From NCBI GenBank assembly GCA_963675745.2, contig CAXXWX010000015.1:256001-320000 (forward strand): a DNA stretch of 64,000 nt. The letters are read 5' to 3'. The DNA comes from Phycisphaerae bacterium (GTDB lineage Bacteria > Planctomycetota > Phycisphaerae > UBA1845 > Fen-1342). The position numbers and the translations under genes are program-made. This document shows positions 1 through 10,603 of the stretch, one piece after another (position 1 is the first letter of the stretch; every line of letters begins with the position of its first letter). Under the pieces are notes generated by a model, which worked only from the letters and a program-made list of their open reading frames with translations, did no database searches and had not been told where the DNA came from.

Positions 1-50
1 GAAGCGGTCGGCAACGTCGCAACATGAGTCCGCGCGGAGGCGACGGTCAG

Positions 51-404
51 ATGAACAACGAGGAATCAACCATGGCCACCGCCCCGCCGGAGGAGCAGAC
101 GCCGGCGCGTCGTGCCCGCACGACCCCGGGCGAGCCGGCCGAAGTCCTGCGCGGGATGGCCGACCAGTTGCTGGAAATACGGGTGATGCTCGACAAGGCG
201 AGCCGCGCTCAACAACACCGCGAGCTCTCGGTCGCCAGACCCATCGGGGCCATCGTCCAGGCCGTGGTCGTCGGCCTGCTGGCCTGGGCCTTGTCGGATT
301 GGGTGTTTGCCGTAGATGCCGGCCAGGTGCTGATCAAGCTGGGTTTCGCGATCGCACTGCAGCTCGTCGCGCTCACGGCTTTCACGCTCATGCCGCGTGA
401 CTGA
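51..404 (+). CDS. hypothetical membrane protein (two C-terminal TM helices)
   Basis: ORF 24..404; GGAGG precedes ATG 51; two hydrophobic segments near the C-terminus; start uncertain. Confidence 0.6.
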   Translation: MNNEESTMATAPPEEQTPARRARTTPGEPAEVLRGMADQLLEIRVMLDKASRAQQHRELSVARPIGAIVQAVVVGLLAWALSDWVFAVDAGQVLIKLGFAIALQLVALTAFTLMPRD

Positions 405-422
405 CAGCGTGCATGGCGACCG

Positions 423-761
423 TCAGCCCGCCAGACCCTTTGCCGCCGCGGCGGTTGTGGGGAAGACCGCCAGGAAGCGGTCAAGCTGCGTGGTGCGCAA
501 AACGCCGGCGACCATGGGCGAAGGTCCTGCGTAGACAATGCGCTGCTCCTGCACGTTGGCTTGGGCGGTCATGCGCACCAGCGTGTTGATCCCGGTGGAG
601 TTGATGAAGGTCACTTCGCTGAGATCGACGATCAGCGATGCGCCCGGCCCGCTCATCAGGTCACGGACGCGCTCGATCAGCGTCGCATCGTCGGGTCCAC
701 CCAGCTCACCGCCGACGTTGAGTACGTTGAAACCTGATTCAACGCGCGTGTCAAGAAACAT
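423..761 (-). CDS. STAS-domain anti-sigma factor antagonist
   Basis: LIVDLSEVTFINSTGINTLV matches the STAS 'DLS.V.F(I/M)DS(S/T)G' motif; about 112 aa from ATG 761. Confidence 0.9.
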   Translation of the reverse strand: MFLDTRVESGFNVLNVGGELGGPDDATLIERVRDLMSGPGASLIVDLSEVTFINSTGINTLVRMTAQANVQEQRIVYAGPSPMVAGVLRTTQLDRFLAVFPTTAAAAKGLAG

Positions 762-1111
762 GCTTTCCTCGCTCGCGGGCACTTGGCCAAACCGGCAACC
801 TGCCCCGTCAGCCACCCGAACCGCAAGTTTACGCCTTGCGGCCCGCACCGTCGCGGACTGTCATATAGCTCATCATCGACGGGGCCACAAGCCCACCACT
901 GGTCTGGATACCGGCGAGTGCCGCGTCTGCCCGGCGGCCACCGTTTGTCGAGACTGGCGCGTCGGCATCCGCCCGGCGGTTATTACGGGCCCGCGGCGCA
1001 CCCGACGCCGCCCGGTTGATTATGCCGCGGCCCGACGCCTATGATCACTGAGCCGACAACATATGCGGTGCGCGCCGACATGGCGCTCCGCACCAGCCAA
1101 AGGAATGACCC

Positions 1112-1765
1112 ATGCGCTTACTTCTCGCCTGTGTGGCGACATTGACGGCGTTCGCGGTGACGGGCGCCCACGCCGACGAGTTTCACCGCATTCACTACAC
1201 GTTCGGCGAGTGGTGCGGGTGTACTTCGGCGGACATCGGAGTGTGGTCGGAGGCGACCGACGGCTATGACGACACCGCGGATCACCAGATGAACTTCGGT
1301 GTCTGGCCGGGCTATGCCGCGATGTATCACATCAACGAGCCGGGAGTCTGGGAAGGGCCGAGCGGGTTTTACGACGTCGATCTGCGCTCAATCCCCGACC
1401 CCAACGAAAGCAAGACCTGGAGCCCGATCTACGTCTGGGCCGTGGATTCGTGGGTTGGCGACACCATGCCATTCTCGGTGCTTATCGACATATACAACCC
1501 CATGCCGACCGACCGCGTCTACACGCTGGAGCTGCTGGCAACGCCCAAGAGCATTGACTGGCCCGCCGGCCAGCCGACATCCTGGATCGTGCCGCAGGAT
1601 CCCAACGTTCCGCTGACGATCTACATGCCCACGTATCGCACAAGCGACGGGCTGGAAAGCTACCAGTTCGCGCTAAACATGTCGGCCGTCATCCCGGAGC
1701 CCGCGAGCGGACTGCTGCTCGGCTTGCTGCTGGCCGGGCTGACAAGCCGGCGCGGCGGCTGGTAA
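1112..1765 (+). CDS. PEP-CTERM sorting domain surface protein
   Basis: N-terminal signal peptide; C-terminal VIPEPASGLLLGLLLAGLTSRR. Confidence 0.9.
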   Translation: MRLLLACVATLTAFAVTGAHADEFHRIHYTFGEWCGCTSADIGVWSEATDGYDDTADHQMNFGVWPGYAAMYHINEPGVWEGPSGFYDVDLRSIPDPNESKTWSPIYVWAVDSWVGDTMPFSVLIDIYNPMPTDRVYTLELLATPKSIDWPAGQPTSWIVPQDPNVPLTIYMPTYRTSDGLESYQFALNMSAVIPEPASGLLLGLLLAGLTSRRGGW

Positions 1766-1840
1766 CACGCGCAGGGCGCCGCCGATTTGCACTTGGATCC
1801 TTGAACGGAGCCGCAGCCCAATCGGAGTGTGGCAGCCGTA

Positions 1841-2062
1841 TCGCCCCGGAGGGGCCCGGGCGCATGGCCACGGGTGGAGCGCAGCGCAACCCGTGGATGA
1901 GTTTGGTTCCCCGAGAACACTTCGCCCCGGCAGGGGCGCGGGCGACTTCGCCGTTCGCGCGTCTCCACCGCCCCTGCCGGGGCGGGAGAGTGAGTCGGTT
2001 TCCGATCCACGGGTTGCGCTGCGCTCCACCCGTGGCTATGATCCAGCGCCCCTCCGGGGCGA
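1841..2062. repeat. nested palindromic REP cluster (GCCACGGGTGGAGCGCAGCGCAACCCGTGG family)
   Basis: three nested inverted repeats: TCGCCCCGGAGGGGC/GCCCCTCCGGGGCGA, CCACGGGTGGAGCGCAGCGCAACCCGTGG and its complement, CGCCCCGGCAGGGGCG and its complement; related copies at 38710 and 62631. Confidence 0.9.
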
Positions 2063-2207
2063 AGTTTGCCAAACTGGCAAAGCTACGCACCCGCGGGTTG
2101 TGTCATGCCCCTCTGAATCCTCGGCCCTCTGAATCCTCACGTCCTTGTACCCAACCACGCGCTCCCGTTACGATCCGCAAAATCAGACCACCCCTGCGGA
2201 GCGCCTC

Positions 2208-3511
2208 ATGCCCAACGTCACGTTTCTCGGAGCCGGCAGCTTCTTTGTCGAGCATCTCAGCAAGGATCTGTTTCAGATCGCCGGCGACGGCGGCACGCTG
2301 CGGCTCGTGGATATCGACGAACGTCGGCTGGAGCTGTCCCACCAGGTGGCGCGCATGGTCGCCGAGCGGCTTGGCGGCCGCTGGCAAGTCGAAGCCACCA
2401 CCGACCGCCGACAGGCGCTGCCTGCCAGCGACTACGTCATCAACTGCATCGAGGTCTCCGGGCTCGACACGGTGCGCTGCGACAACGATATCCCGCTCAA
2501 ATACGGCGTGTCGCAGTGCATCGGCGATACGCTGGGGCCGGGCGGGCTGTTCAAGCTGCTGCGCACGGGGCCGGTCTGGCTCGACGTGCTGGATGACTGC
2601 GAGGAGCTCTGCCCCGACGCGCTGGTGCTGAATTACACGAACCCGATGAACATGATGTGCCTGATCGCACAGTGGTCGTCGACGATGCGCGTCGTCGGCC
2701 TGTGCCATTCGGTCCAGGGTACCAGCCGCCAACTGGCCGACTACGCCGGCGTCCCCTACGAGGAGCTCGACTGGCAGTGCGGCGGCATCAATCACCATGC
2801 CTGGTTCACGAAGCTCGCGCACCATGGCCGCGATCTGTATCCGGAATTGCGCGCGAAGGTGATCGACCGCGGCGCCCTGTGGGAGCGCGATCCGGTGCGC
2901 TTCGACATGATGCTGCACTTCGGGTGTTTCGTCACCGAATCGAGCGGGCACTTTTCCGAGTACCTGCCTTACTATCGCAAGCGCCCGGAACTCATCGATG
3001 AGTACTGCCGCGCCGGGTATCTCGGCGAGGCGGGATTCTACGCGCGTGACTGGCCCCAGTGGCGGCGCGAAGCTGACGAGCGCCGCCAGAGGATCATCGC
3101 CGGCACAGAGCAACTGAAGCTCGAACGCAGCGAGGAATACGCGTCATACATCATTGAGGCCTGTGAAACCAATCGTCCGTGCGTGATCCACGGCAATGTG
3201 GCCAATGACGGGCTGATCGAGAACCTGCCGGCCGACGGCTGCGTGGAAGTCGCCTGTCTGGTCAACCGTCAGGGCATCCAGCCGACGCAGTTTGGGCCGC
3301 TGCCGCCGCAACTCGCCGCCCCTGTGCCGCTCGAACATGTCGATGTTCGAAGTGGGCGCGCTGGCGGTACTCGAGGGGCAGCCGCGAGGCAGCCGTCCAC
3401 GCGCTGATGCTCGATCCGCTGACAGCGGCCGTGTGCAGCCCGGCCGAGATTCGCAGCATGGCCGACGAGATGTTCGAAGCTCAGCGTGAACACCTGCCGG
3501 AGTACAGTTGA
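2208..3511 (+). CDS. melA: family 4 glycoside hydrolase (alpha-galactosidase, MelA-like), with two apparent +1 frameshifts near the 3' end
   Basis: GAGS NAD-binding start, GDTLGPGG, NYTNPM, GLCHS, GINH, TESSGHFSEY; the C-terminus (LCRSNMSMFE.. / SREAAVHALMLDPLTAAVCS..EYS*) continues in shifted frames at ~3320 (GCCCC) and ~3377 (GGGG). Confidence 0.85.
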
Positions 3512-3566
3512 AACACGCCGGCCGCGCGGGCTTCGGCCACCCGTTCACATCAGCTCCACAGATGGC

Positions 3567-4895
3567 TCAAACCAACTCGGTCTGGCCCGGTACTGGTACG
3601 GGAGCTACTGGAAGGTCGCCAAACTCGTAGGCCGGCGGCGTCAGATCAAGCTGCGAGGCGTTCATCATCCAATCCCACGAAATCTCGCGCCCGGTGTAGG
3701 CCGACATGCGCCCCATGATCGCCGTTAACGTGCTCTCAGCCACCCGCCGACCTTCGTTCAGCGGCTGCCCGGCGCGAATGCTGGCGATCAAATCCCGGTG
3801 CTCCTGCTCATATGGGTTAATCCACTCACCGCCCGGCGGCTCGTATTCGAACGCGCCGGAACCCTCGATCTTCGTCGGCGGGTGTGCGACACCCGCGGTC
3901 CCAACCAGACGCTCGGCAACACGGCCCGAACTCCCCTGAATCTGCCGGCACATGCTCATCACGCTGGCGCCATTGGGATACACATACTCAACCGCGAAAT
4001 GATCGAATATGTTGCCGTACTTCGGATCGGTGCGGACCTCGCGCCCGCCCATGCCGAGCGCCTTGACCGGTGGTGAGCCCATCGCCCAATTGACGACGTC
4101 GATGTTGTGGACGTGTTGCTCGACGATGTGATCGCCCGACAGCCACGTGAAGTAGAGCCAGTTGCGGCACTGCCATTCCATGTCCGACCAGTCCGGCTGA
4201 CGTTCCTTGACCCAGAGCCCGCCCTGGTTCCAATAGCACTGTCCGCCGACAAGCTCGCCGATCGCACCGTCATGGATGCGGCGCATCAGCTCGACGTACG
4301 CGGGGTCGTGGCGCCGCTGCGTACCGGCCACGATCGCCAGGCCCTTTTGCGAGGCAAGCTCCGCGGTGGCAATGACCGAGCGTCCGCCCACCGGGTCCAC
4401 GCACACCGGCTTCTCGGTGAAGATGTGCTTGCCGGCCTCGACGGCGGCCCACAGGTGGAGCGGCCTGAATCCCGGCGGCGTCGCCAAAATCACAATGTCA
4501 ACATCGCAGGACAGCACGCCCAGGTAGGCATCGAAGCCGACAAAGCAGCTTCCCGGAGAAACCGTCTGCGGCCGCTCGCAGTCCGCCAGCTTGTTGCGGC
4601 ACGCGTCAAGTCGATCCTGAAACAAGTCACCCAAAGCGACGATGCTCACGTGGGGATCGGCCGTCAGGCAATTGAGGGCCGCCCCGGTGCCGCGCCCGCC
4701 GCAGCCGATCACACCGACGCGCAGCGGCGTCGGCGCGCCAGGCAGCACCGGTATCGCCGGTTGCCGCTTGGGTGTCGTCGCACAGCCCGTGATCAACGTC
4801 GAGCCGGCTACGATTGAGGCGGTTCTGAGAAAGTCACGGCGTGATAGTGATTTGCCGCCCGCACTGACCTGTTCGGAAATCGCATCGTTATTCAT
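3567..4895 (-). CDS. Gfo/Idh/MocA family oxidoreductase, Tat-exported
   Basis: SRRDFL twin-arginine signal; GVIGCGGRG, ATPPGFRPLH, EKPV, GDHIVEQHVHNID. Confidence 0.9.
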   Translation of the reverse strand: MNNDAISEQVSAGGKSLSRRDFLRTASIVAGSTLITGCATTPKRQPAIPVLPGAPTPLRVGVIGCGGRGTGAALNCLTADPHVSIVALGDLFQDRLDACRNKLADCERPQTVSPGSCFVGFDAYLGVLSCDVDIVILATPPGFRPLHLWAAVEAGKHIFTEKPVCVDPVGGRSVIATAELASQKGLAIVAGTQRRHDPAYVELMRRIHDGAIGELVGGQCYWNQGGLWVKERQPDWSDMEWQCRNWLYFTWLSGDHIVEQHVHNIDVVNWAMGSPPVKALGMGGREVRTDPKYGNIFDHFAVEYVYPNGASVMSMCRQIQGSSGRVAERLVGTAGVAHPPTKIEGSGAFEYEPPGGEWINPYEQEHRDLIASIRAGQPLNEGRRVAESTLTAIMGRMSAYTGREISWDWMMNASQLDLTPPAYEFGDLPVAPVPVPGQTELV

Positions 4896-5011
4896 CGCGT
4901 CTGTCTCCCGTTTGAAAAACCACCCGCGTCTAACGCCGTGACAACCACGCGTCCGTTCCATCTCGGCCGCAAGTGCCGTTTCCAGTTCAGTTGTTTCGCG
5001 CGCGGGCCACT

Positions 5012-5043
5012 GTAGCGGCCTGCGCCTCGCAGGCCGTCGCTAC
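5012..5043. repeat. GTAG-type REP hairpin
   Basis: GTAGCGGCCTGCGCCTCGCAGGCCGTCGCTAC; similar to 26076. Confidence 0.75.
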
Positions 5044-5144
5044 AAAGCGGCGTTTCCGACATCAGGCGGCCGGCGAGGCGCCGGCAGTTACAGAGTCCGA
5101 CGAAGCGTAGCGCGAAGTACTTGAGGCCTCCAGCGACAACGACG

Positions 5145-6068
5145 CTAGAAGTCGTCGCAAGCCGCGTAGGCGTCGATCACGGCCTGTTCGCCGGCTTTGC
5201 CGGGATGCATGTTGCCGTGCTCCATTCCGATGATTCCCTGAAAGCCCTTGTTGTGCAGGTGGGCGAAGATGTTGCGGTAGTTGATCTCGCCGGTGGTCGG
5301 TTCCTTGCGTCCGGGATTGTCGCCGACCTGGAAGTATGCAATCTCCTCCCAGGCTCGATCGATGTTCGGAATCAGGTTGCCCTCGGTGACCTGCTGGTGA
5401 TAGAGGTCGTCCAGAATCTTGCACGCCGGGCTGTTGACGGCGCGGCAGATCTGGTAGGCCTGGGGCACCTTGGTCAGGAAGAGGCCGGGATGGTTGTGCG
5501 GGTTGAGCGGTTCGAGAACCATGGTCAGCCCCGCGGGCGCGCACACCTCGGCGCAGGCCTTGAGGTGATCAACCACGTGGGCCGTCTGGTAGTCCCATTC
5601 CAGACGCTGGTCATACATGCCCGGTACGACGGTACACCATTTGGCGTTGACGCGCTGGGCGACCTCGACCGCGGCCTGCATCCGCTTGACCAGCATGTCA
5701 CGCACGTCCTGGTCACGGTGTACAAACGTCCGGTCGCCGAACTCCGCATAAGCCACGAACACGCCCATGGTCATCCCCAGGCGTGACATTTCACCGGCGA
5801 TCCGTTCCTGCAACTCCACCGGGCGGCCCATCATGCCGTTGTCTTCCAGCGCGGTGAATCCCTGGTCGGCCATGAACTTGATCTGCTCGATGGGATCATC
5901 GCCGGCGTGATGACGGAACATCCCGAAGTGCGGCGCATACTTGAGCTTGAATTGACGCCGGCCGGCAGCGCCCGCCGCCTGTGGCTGCGCGGCACCGGCA
6001 ACGCCCAGTCCAAACGATGCGGCGGCGCCGGCCGCCAGACTCGACCCGAGGAATGTGCGACGGTCCAT
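5145..6068 (-). CDS. hydroxypyruvate isomerase / xylose isomerase-like TIM-barrel protein, Tat-exported
   Basis: MDRRTFLG Tat signal; VLEPLN, DLYHQQVTEG, QVGDNPGRKEPTTGEINY. Confidence 0.9.
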   Translation of the reverse strand: MDRRTFLGSSLAAGAAASFGLGVAGAAQPQAAGAAGRRQFKLKYAPHFGMFRHHAGDDPIEQIKFMADQGFTALEDNGMMGRPVELQERIAGEMSRLGMTMGVFVAYAEFGDRTFVHRDQDVRDMLVKRMQAAVEVAQRVNAKWCTVVPGMYDQRLEWDYQTAHVVDHLKACAEVCAPAGLTMVLEPLNPHNHPGLFLTKVPQAYQICRAVNSPACKILDDLYHQQVTEGNLIPNIDRAWEEIAYFQVGDNPGRKEPTTGEINYRNIFAHLHNKGFQGIIGMEHGNMHPGKAGEQAVIDAYAACDDF

Positions 6069-6474
6069 CAGTATCCACCTCCGTTGCGAGATTGGCACCG
6101 GCCCGGTCCCCCAGGGCGGCGTGCGCCGCTTATACCAGAGGAATCAGCGCCGTGCCAGCGACGGCAGCTCGCGCTACATTTCTGGGCCAAGCGGAGACTC
6201 CCACGGCGGGCACGGTCGTCGGCTCGCCGTACGCCGGAATGCCGGTTAGCATGTGTCAAAAGAGAAGCCCGGCGCGACGCTTGCCGGGACCGTGACAGCC
6301 GACCTCGGGGCGCGTGAACCGCCCCCCGCCCAGCGGTTCGCGACAGCAGACTACGCGACAGCCGGCGCCGCGCCGGCCACAGATCTCGGGAGTTTCGTTT
6401 CGCGCCGACGTCCGGTGAGTACCGGGCCGGCAGTGGACTGCTGCAACGGACTGCGAACACTGGATCGAGCACAG

Positions 6475-8298
6475 ATGTCGCTTCGTAATGAGAAAATCCG
6501 CAACGTGGCCATCATTGCCCACGTCGATCATGGCAAGACGACGCTCGTCGACCAGATGTTGCGACAGTGCGGGCAGTTCCGTCAGGGACAGCTCAAGGGA
6601 GACCGCATTCTCGACAGCAACGATATCGAGCGCGAACGCGGCATCACCATCCTCGCCAAGAACATCGCCATCAACTACGCCGGCGTGAAAATCAACCTCG
6701 TCGACACGCCCGGGCACGCGGATTTCGGTGGCGAGGTCGAACGCGTACTGATGATGGCCGACGGCTGTCTGTTGCTGGTGGATGCCTTTGAGGGGCCGAT
6801 GCCGCAGACCACGTTCGTGCTCCGCAAGGCGCTCGAGTGTCACCTCCGCCCGATTGTCGTGATCAACAAGATCGACCGCCCCGCCTGCCGGCCGGTTGAC
6901 GTGTTGAACGAAGTCGTCGATCTGTTCATCGAGCTCGGGGCCGATGAAGACGTGCTGGAGTTCCCCACGCTGTACAGCTCCGCGACGCTGGGCTATGCGA
7001 CACTCGACCCCCGAGAGCGAACCAACGACGTCAGTGTGCTCTTCCATGCGATCATCGAGAAGGTGCCGGCGCCGGCGGTCAAACCGGATGCACCACTTCA
7101 GATGATGATCACGACACTCGACTACAACGACTATGTTGGCCGCATCGGCATCGGGCGTCTGTACGCGGGTGTGCTGGAGGCGGGCGCGCTGGTTAACGTC
7201 TTTCGCCGGGATGGTACGCAAAGCAAGGAGCGGATTGGCGAGCTGTACGTCTTTGATGGACTTGGCCGGCGCAAGGTCGCGCGGGTCGAGGCCGGCGATA
7301 TTTGCGCCCTGGTCGGGCTTGAATCAGTCGATATCGGAAACACGATTGCCGACGCCGAGCGCGGCGAGCCGCTGCCCCTGACGCGTGTCGATGAGCCAAC
7401 GCTGCACATGACCATCCGGGTGAACGATTCACCGTTCGCCGGTCGCGCCGGCCGTTTTCTCACCAGCCGCCATCTGCGCGATCGTCTCGAGAAAGAGGCC
7501 CAGCACAATGTCGCCCTGAGAGTGGAGTCGGGGGCCACCCCCGAGGAGTTACACGTCTTCGGGCGCGGGCTGCTGCATCTCTCGGTCCTGATTGAGAACA
7601 TGCGCCGCGAAGGCTACGAGATGGCGGTCGGCAAGCCGAAGGTGATCTACCGCGAGCTGGACGGCCGCAAGACCGAGCCGATCGAGTTGTGCGTGATCGA
7701 GGTGCCTGCCGAGTACGTCGGCACCGTAATGGAACACATGGGCACGCGCCGCGCCGTGTGTACGGTCATGGAATCACGCGGCCAGGGCACGCACCTGGAA
7801 TTCACGATCCCCGCGCGCGGTCTGATCGGCCTGCGCACGCGCCTCTTGAACACCACCAATGGGACCATCGTGATGCACCACGCGTTTTATGAGTATGAGT
7901 ACCTGCGCGGCGCGATCCCGGGGCGGCAATGTGGTGTGATGGTCACCAGCGAGTCGGGGCAGGTGACCGCCTACGCGCTCGACAATCTGCGCGACCGGGG
8001 CGAGATGTTCGTCGCCCCGCCCGAGCAGGTTTACGAAGGTCAGATCGTGGGCGAACATTGCCGCGACAACGATCTGCCCGTCAACGTCTGCAAGGGCAAG
8101 AAACTGACGAATATCCGCGCGGCGTCGGCGGACAAGACTGTCGTGCTCAAGCCGCCACGCGAAATCACGCTCGAGATCGCGCTGGAGTTCATAGAGGACG
8201 ACGAACTGATCGAGGTCACGCCCGACGCGATCCGCCTGCGCAAGCGCAACCTGAAGGCGGTTGACCGCCGCCGCGCCGCCCGTGGCGAACGCGTGTAG
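6475..8298 (+). CDS. typA: translational GTPase TypA/BipA
   Basis: [39 protein letters not shown], and the BipA C-terminal [18 protein letters not shown]. Confidence 0.97.
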   Translation: MSLRNEKIRNVAIIAHVDHGKTTLVDQMLRQCGQFRQGQLKGDRILDSNDIERERGITILAKNIAINYAGVKINLVDTPGHADFGGEVERVLMMADGCLLLVDAFEGPMPQTTFVLRKALECHLRPIVVINKIDRPACRPVDVLNEVVDLFIELGADEDVLEFPTLYSSATLGYATLDPRERTNDVSVLFHAIIEKVPAPAVKPDAPLQMMITTLDYNDYVGRIGIGRLYAGVLEAGALVNVFRRDGTQSKERIGELYVFDGLGRRKVARVEAGDICALVGLESVDIGNTIADAERGEPLPLTRVDEPTLHMTIRVNDSPFAGRAGRFLTSRHLRDRLEKEAQHNVALRVESGATPEELHVFGRGLLHLSVLIENMRREGYEMAVGKPKVIYRELDGRKTEPIELCVIEVPAEYVGTVMEHMGTRRAVCTVMESRGQGTHLEFTIPARGLIGLRTRLLNTTNGTIVMHHAFYEYEYLRGAIPGRQCGVMVTSESGQVTAYALDNLRDRGEMFVAPPEQVYEGQIVGEHCRDNDLPVNVCKGKKLTNIRAASADKTVVLKPPREITLEIALEFIEDDELIEVTPDAIRLRKRNLKAVDRRRAARGERV

Positions 8299-8381
8299 CC
8301 ATCCCCGCGGATCAGCAGCACACGGCCGTTTGTAAGGCCCCGTCACCAACAGCCGCAGCCGACACGCCGGCCACGTCCGCG

Positions 8382-9122
8382 TTACTTCGGCCCGATGTCT
8401 CCGCTGCCCGCAACGGCGGCGGTCACGTGCGGCTTGCCGGAATAGCGAATCGACCCCGAACCCGCGACCGTGCCGGCCAACGTATCGGTCGCATGCACAT
8501 CAATGTCGCCAGAACCCGCGACCCGGGCAACAACGGCGCGTGCCACGAGCTTGCCGGCGTCAATATCACCCGACCCACTCACCGCGGCTGCCAGATTCGC
8601 CGTCTGACCCGCGACATACGCGTCGCCCGAGCCGTTGACGGTGACTTTGAGCGACTCGTTGTCGATGCCAGCGACATACGTGTCGCCCGAACCGTTGATG
8701 GCAACACTGAGCGGACTGTTGTTGGGGCCGGTGACGCGGATGTCGCCTGACCCGTTGGTCGCCACCGCGGTGAGGCTGCCCGTGGAGACGTTGATTACCG
8801 TTTGCAAGCGCGCGCTGTAAGACTGCTTCGCCCGGACAATCAGACGCCCGTCTTTGACCTCGGTCAGGATGATCGGCAGGATCTTCTCATCGCCCGTGAT
8901 CGTAAGCGGCCCGGGCTCGTCGATCGTAATGATAATGTCCACGGCACCGTCAAGCTCGACACTGGTGAAGAGCGGCACGTTGCGCGTCTCGGAGACTTTG
9001 ACGCCGTTGCCGGTGACCATGGGAGTGATGCCGACGTTCACGGTCGTGGATCTGCTGGTGCCCCAGCAACCCCCGGCAACCATGACCAACAAGGATGCGA
9101 TTGCAATCGACGATTTACGCAT
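8382..9122 (-). CDS. DUF2807 / head GIN-domain lipoprotein
   Basis: lipoprotein-like signal (VAGGC); repeated NGSGD/SGSGD beta-helix motifs; GNG....ETR..F. Confidence 0.85.
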   Translation of the reverse strand: MRKSSIAIASLLVMVAGGCWGTSRSTTVNVGITPMVTGNGVKVSETRNVPLFTSVELDGAVDIIITIDEPGPLTITGDEKILPIILTEVKDGRLIVRAKQSYSARLQTVINVSTGSLTAVATNGSGDIRVTGPNNSPLSVAINGSGDTYVAGIDNESLKVTVNGSGDAYVAGQTANLAAAVSGSGDIDAGKLVARAVVARVAGSGDIDVHATDTLAGTVAGSGSIRYSGKPHVTAAVAGSGDIGPK

Positions 9123-9211
9123 GGTAGACCTCCTGTGTGTCACTTCCCGCGTGGCACGGGTGTCCCGCCCGCGCCGTGCAACTTGCAATGTGCCACAACT
9201 CCGGCAGCGCA

Positions 9212-9306
9212 TGTGGCACCGGTTTTTAACCGGTGACCGGTTTTCAACCGGTGAGACCCACTGGTTACACGCCGCAGGCGAAGCGTAGCGCGAGAACCAG
9301 TGCCAC
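9212..9306. repeat. ACCGGTTNNNAACCGGT palindromic repeat cluster (GTGGCACCGG family)
   Basis: TGTGGCACCGGTTTTTAACCGGTGACCGGTTTTCAACCGGTGA ... AACCAGTGCCACA; same units flank the IS4 element. Confidence 0.8.
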
Positions 9307-9322
9307 AATCATGGGGCAGCTT

Positions 9323-10501
9323 CTAGAAACTGTCCCGCATCCACGGGATCGGGCCGGCGAACACGGACGCCGCCGTCGTCTGTTCCTCTTCCGGCGCCTC
9401 CCCGCGCCCGGTCATGATCACTTCAATCGGCGACAGAAAGCCGGCGTACAGCGCCGCCAGACCTCGGATATCCACGTCAAACGTGCCGCGGCCGCCGGCC
9501 TCGGCCCGCCCGCGCCCATCCGCCACGTGCAACACCCAGCGCCCCGCGTTTTGCGGCAAAACCTCGTCGCGGACATTGAAGTGAATCTCTCCACTCGTAC
9601 CCGCCGGATAACCGCGCGCGGCGAGGGCCTTCGGCACGTCTACAATCCGCAACATCCACTGTCCCAGCGTGCGCAGTTTATACTCGCATTCGGCCAGGCC
9701 GATCAGCAGCGGGTCCGTCGGGCCGGTCTTCCACTTCACGCACCGTCGCGTTGTGCGATAGTCGGCGAAGAACGTGAGCAGGCGCCGCGCCGCCTGCGGC
9801 GTCAGGGCGACAACATCATGTGCATAGACGCTGCCAAAGCCGCCTGCGGCCTCCTGGTTGCGCACGTACGTGAAGCCCTCGATCTCGCTGCCGCGGCAGA
9901 CGACGAAGCCCTGGTTGGGTTTGTCGCGGTATTTCTCGATCCGGCGCCAGTTAAACGTGGCCCGATCGAGATTGCCGGTGTGCCGCCGCGCCCACCGCCG
10001 ATACACGTCATGAATCTGACGCTCATCGTCCGGCGTGACCGCACGCATTTCGAGCTCGCGCTCGCGCGCATCTATGCCGGTGCATGGCAATTCGACCTCG
10101 CACTCCAGGCCGGCGAGCTCGTACCCGACCCGCCGGTACAGCTTGCGTGTCGCGGGGTAGAGGGTCGAGATCGGCGTGCCGCGCTCGTACAATTCCTCGA
10201 GCACGGCCTTGAGCACCGCCGTCGCCGCACCGCGCCCGCGCCAGTGAATCGCCGTCGCAACGGCCCCGATGCCGTTGGTCGCCACCGACCGACCGCCCCA
10301 CCATTGTCCCATCGGCACCGCCACCAGGCCGGCGGCAACCTCGTCGCCGTACCGAACAATGCGCATGTTCTCGTGCCCGGCCATCTCGAAGTACGGCGCC
10401 GCCGCCTCGGGCGGGAAAATGAACGCATCGCAGGCGATCTCAGAGAAGCGCGCCCGGTCTTCGTCGCCCTCGGGCGGTCCAACATACGACACGGCGCTCA
10501 T
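9323..10501 (-). CDS. Eis-family GNAT acetyltransferase with C-terminal SCP2-like domain
   Basis: VAT..HWRGRG, STLYPAT..LYRRVGYE, WMLRIVDVPKALAARGYP, C-terminal DSF. Confidence 0.9.
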   Translation of the reverse strand: MSAVSYVGPPEGDEDRARFSEIACDAFIFPPEAAAPYFEMAGHENMRIVRYGDEVAAGLVAVPMGQWWGGRSVATNGIGAVATAIHWRGRGAATAVLKAVLEELYERGTPISTLYPATRKLYRRVGYELAGLECEVELPCTGIDARERELEMRAVTPDDERQIHDVYRRWARRHTGNLDRATFNWRRIEKYRDKPNQGFVVCRGSEIEGFTYVRNQEAAGGFGSVYAHDVVALTPQAARRLLTFFADYRTTRRCVKWKTGPTDPLLIGLAECEYKLRTLGQWMLRIVDVPKALAARGYPAGTSGEIHFNVRDEVLPQNAGRWVLHVADGRGRAEAGGRGTFDVDIRGLAALYAGFLSPIEVIMTGRGEAPEEEQTTAASVFAGPIPWMRDSF

Positions 10502-10576
10502 GTGCAACTCCCAACTGCGCAAACGCCCAAGTACCGGCCGACGACGTCGGCGCGGAACGGCGTTCCCCGTATTCAA

Positions 10577-10603
10577 CGGCCCACGAGGACGTCGGCCGCT
10601 ACG
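10577..10603 (-). repeat. GTAG-type REP
   Basis: reverse complement reads CGTAGCGGCCGACGTCCTCGTGGGCCG. Confidence 0.65.

Noticed and set aside
1770..2140. MITE TIR/TSD around the solo REP clusters at 1841 and 38710
   Set aside because: A weak right-end resemblance exists (TGTCATGCCCC, GGTCACGCCCC) but no matching left TIR or 9-bp duplication could be established.
1801..2631. ORFs containing 'ATGGAQRNP' peptides (also near 38700 and 62800)
   Set aside because: These are translations of the REP palindrome, not a protein family.
3310..3385. GH4 gene as a pseudogene or programmed frameshift
   Set aside because: Both shifts are single extra bases in short homopolymers (CCCC, GGGG) and the downstream sequence is fully conserved, so a sequencing/consensus error is more likely. 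Needs a read check.
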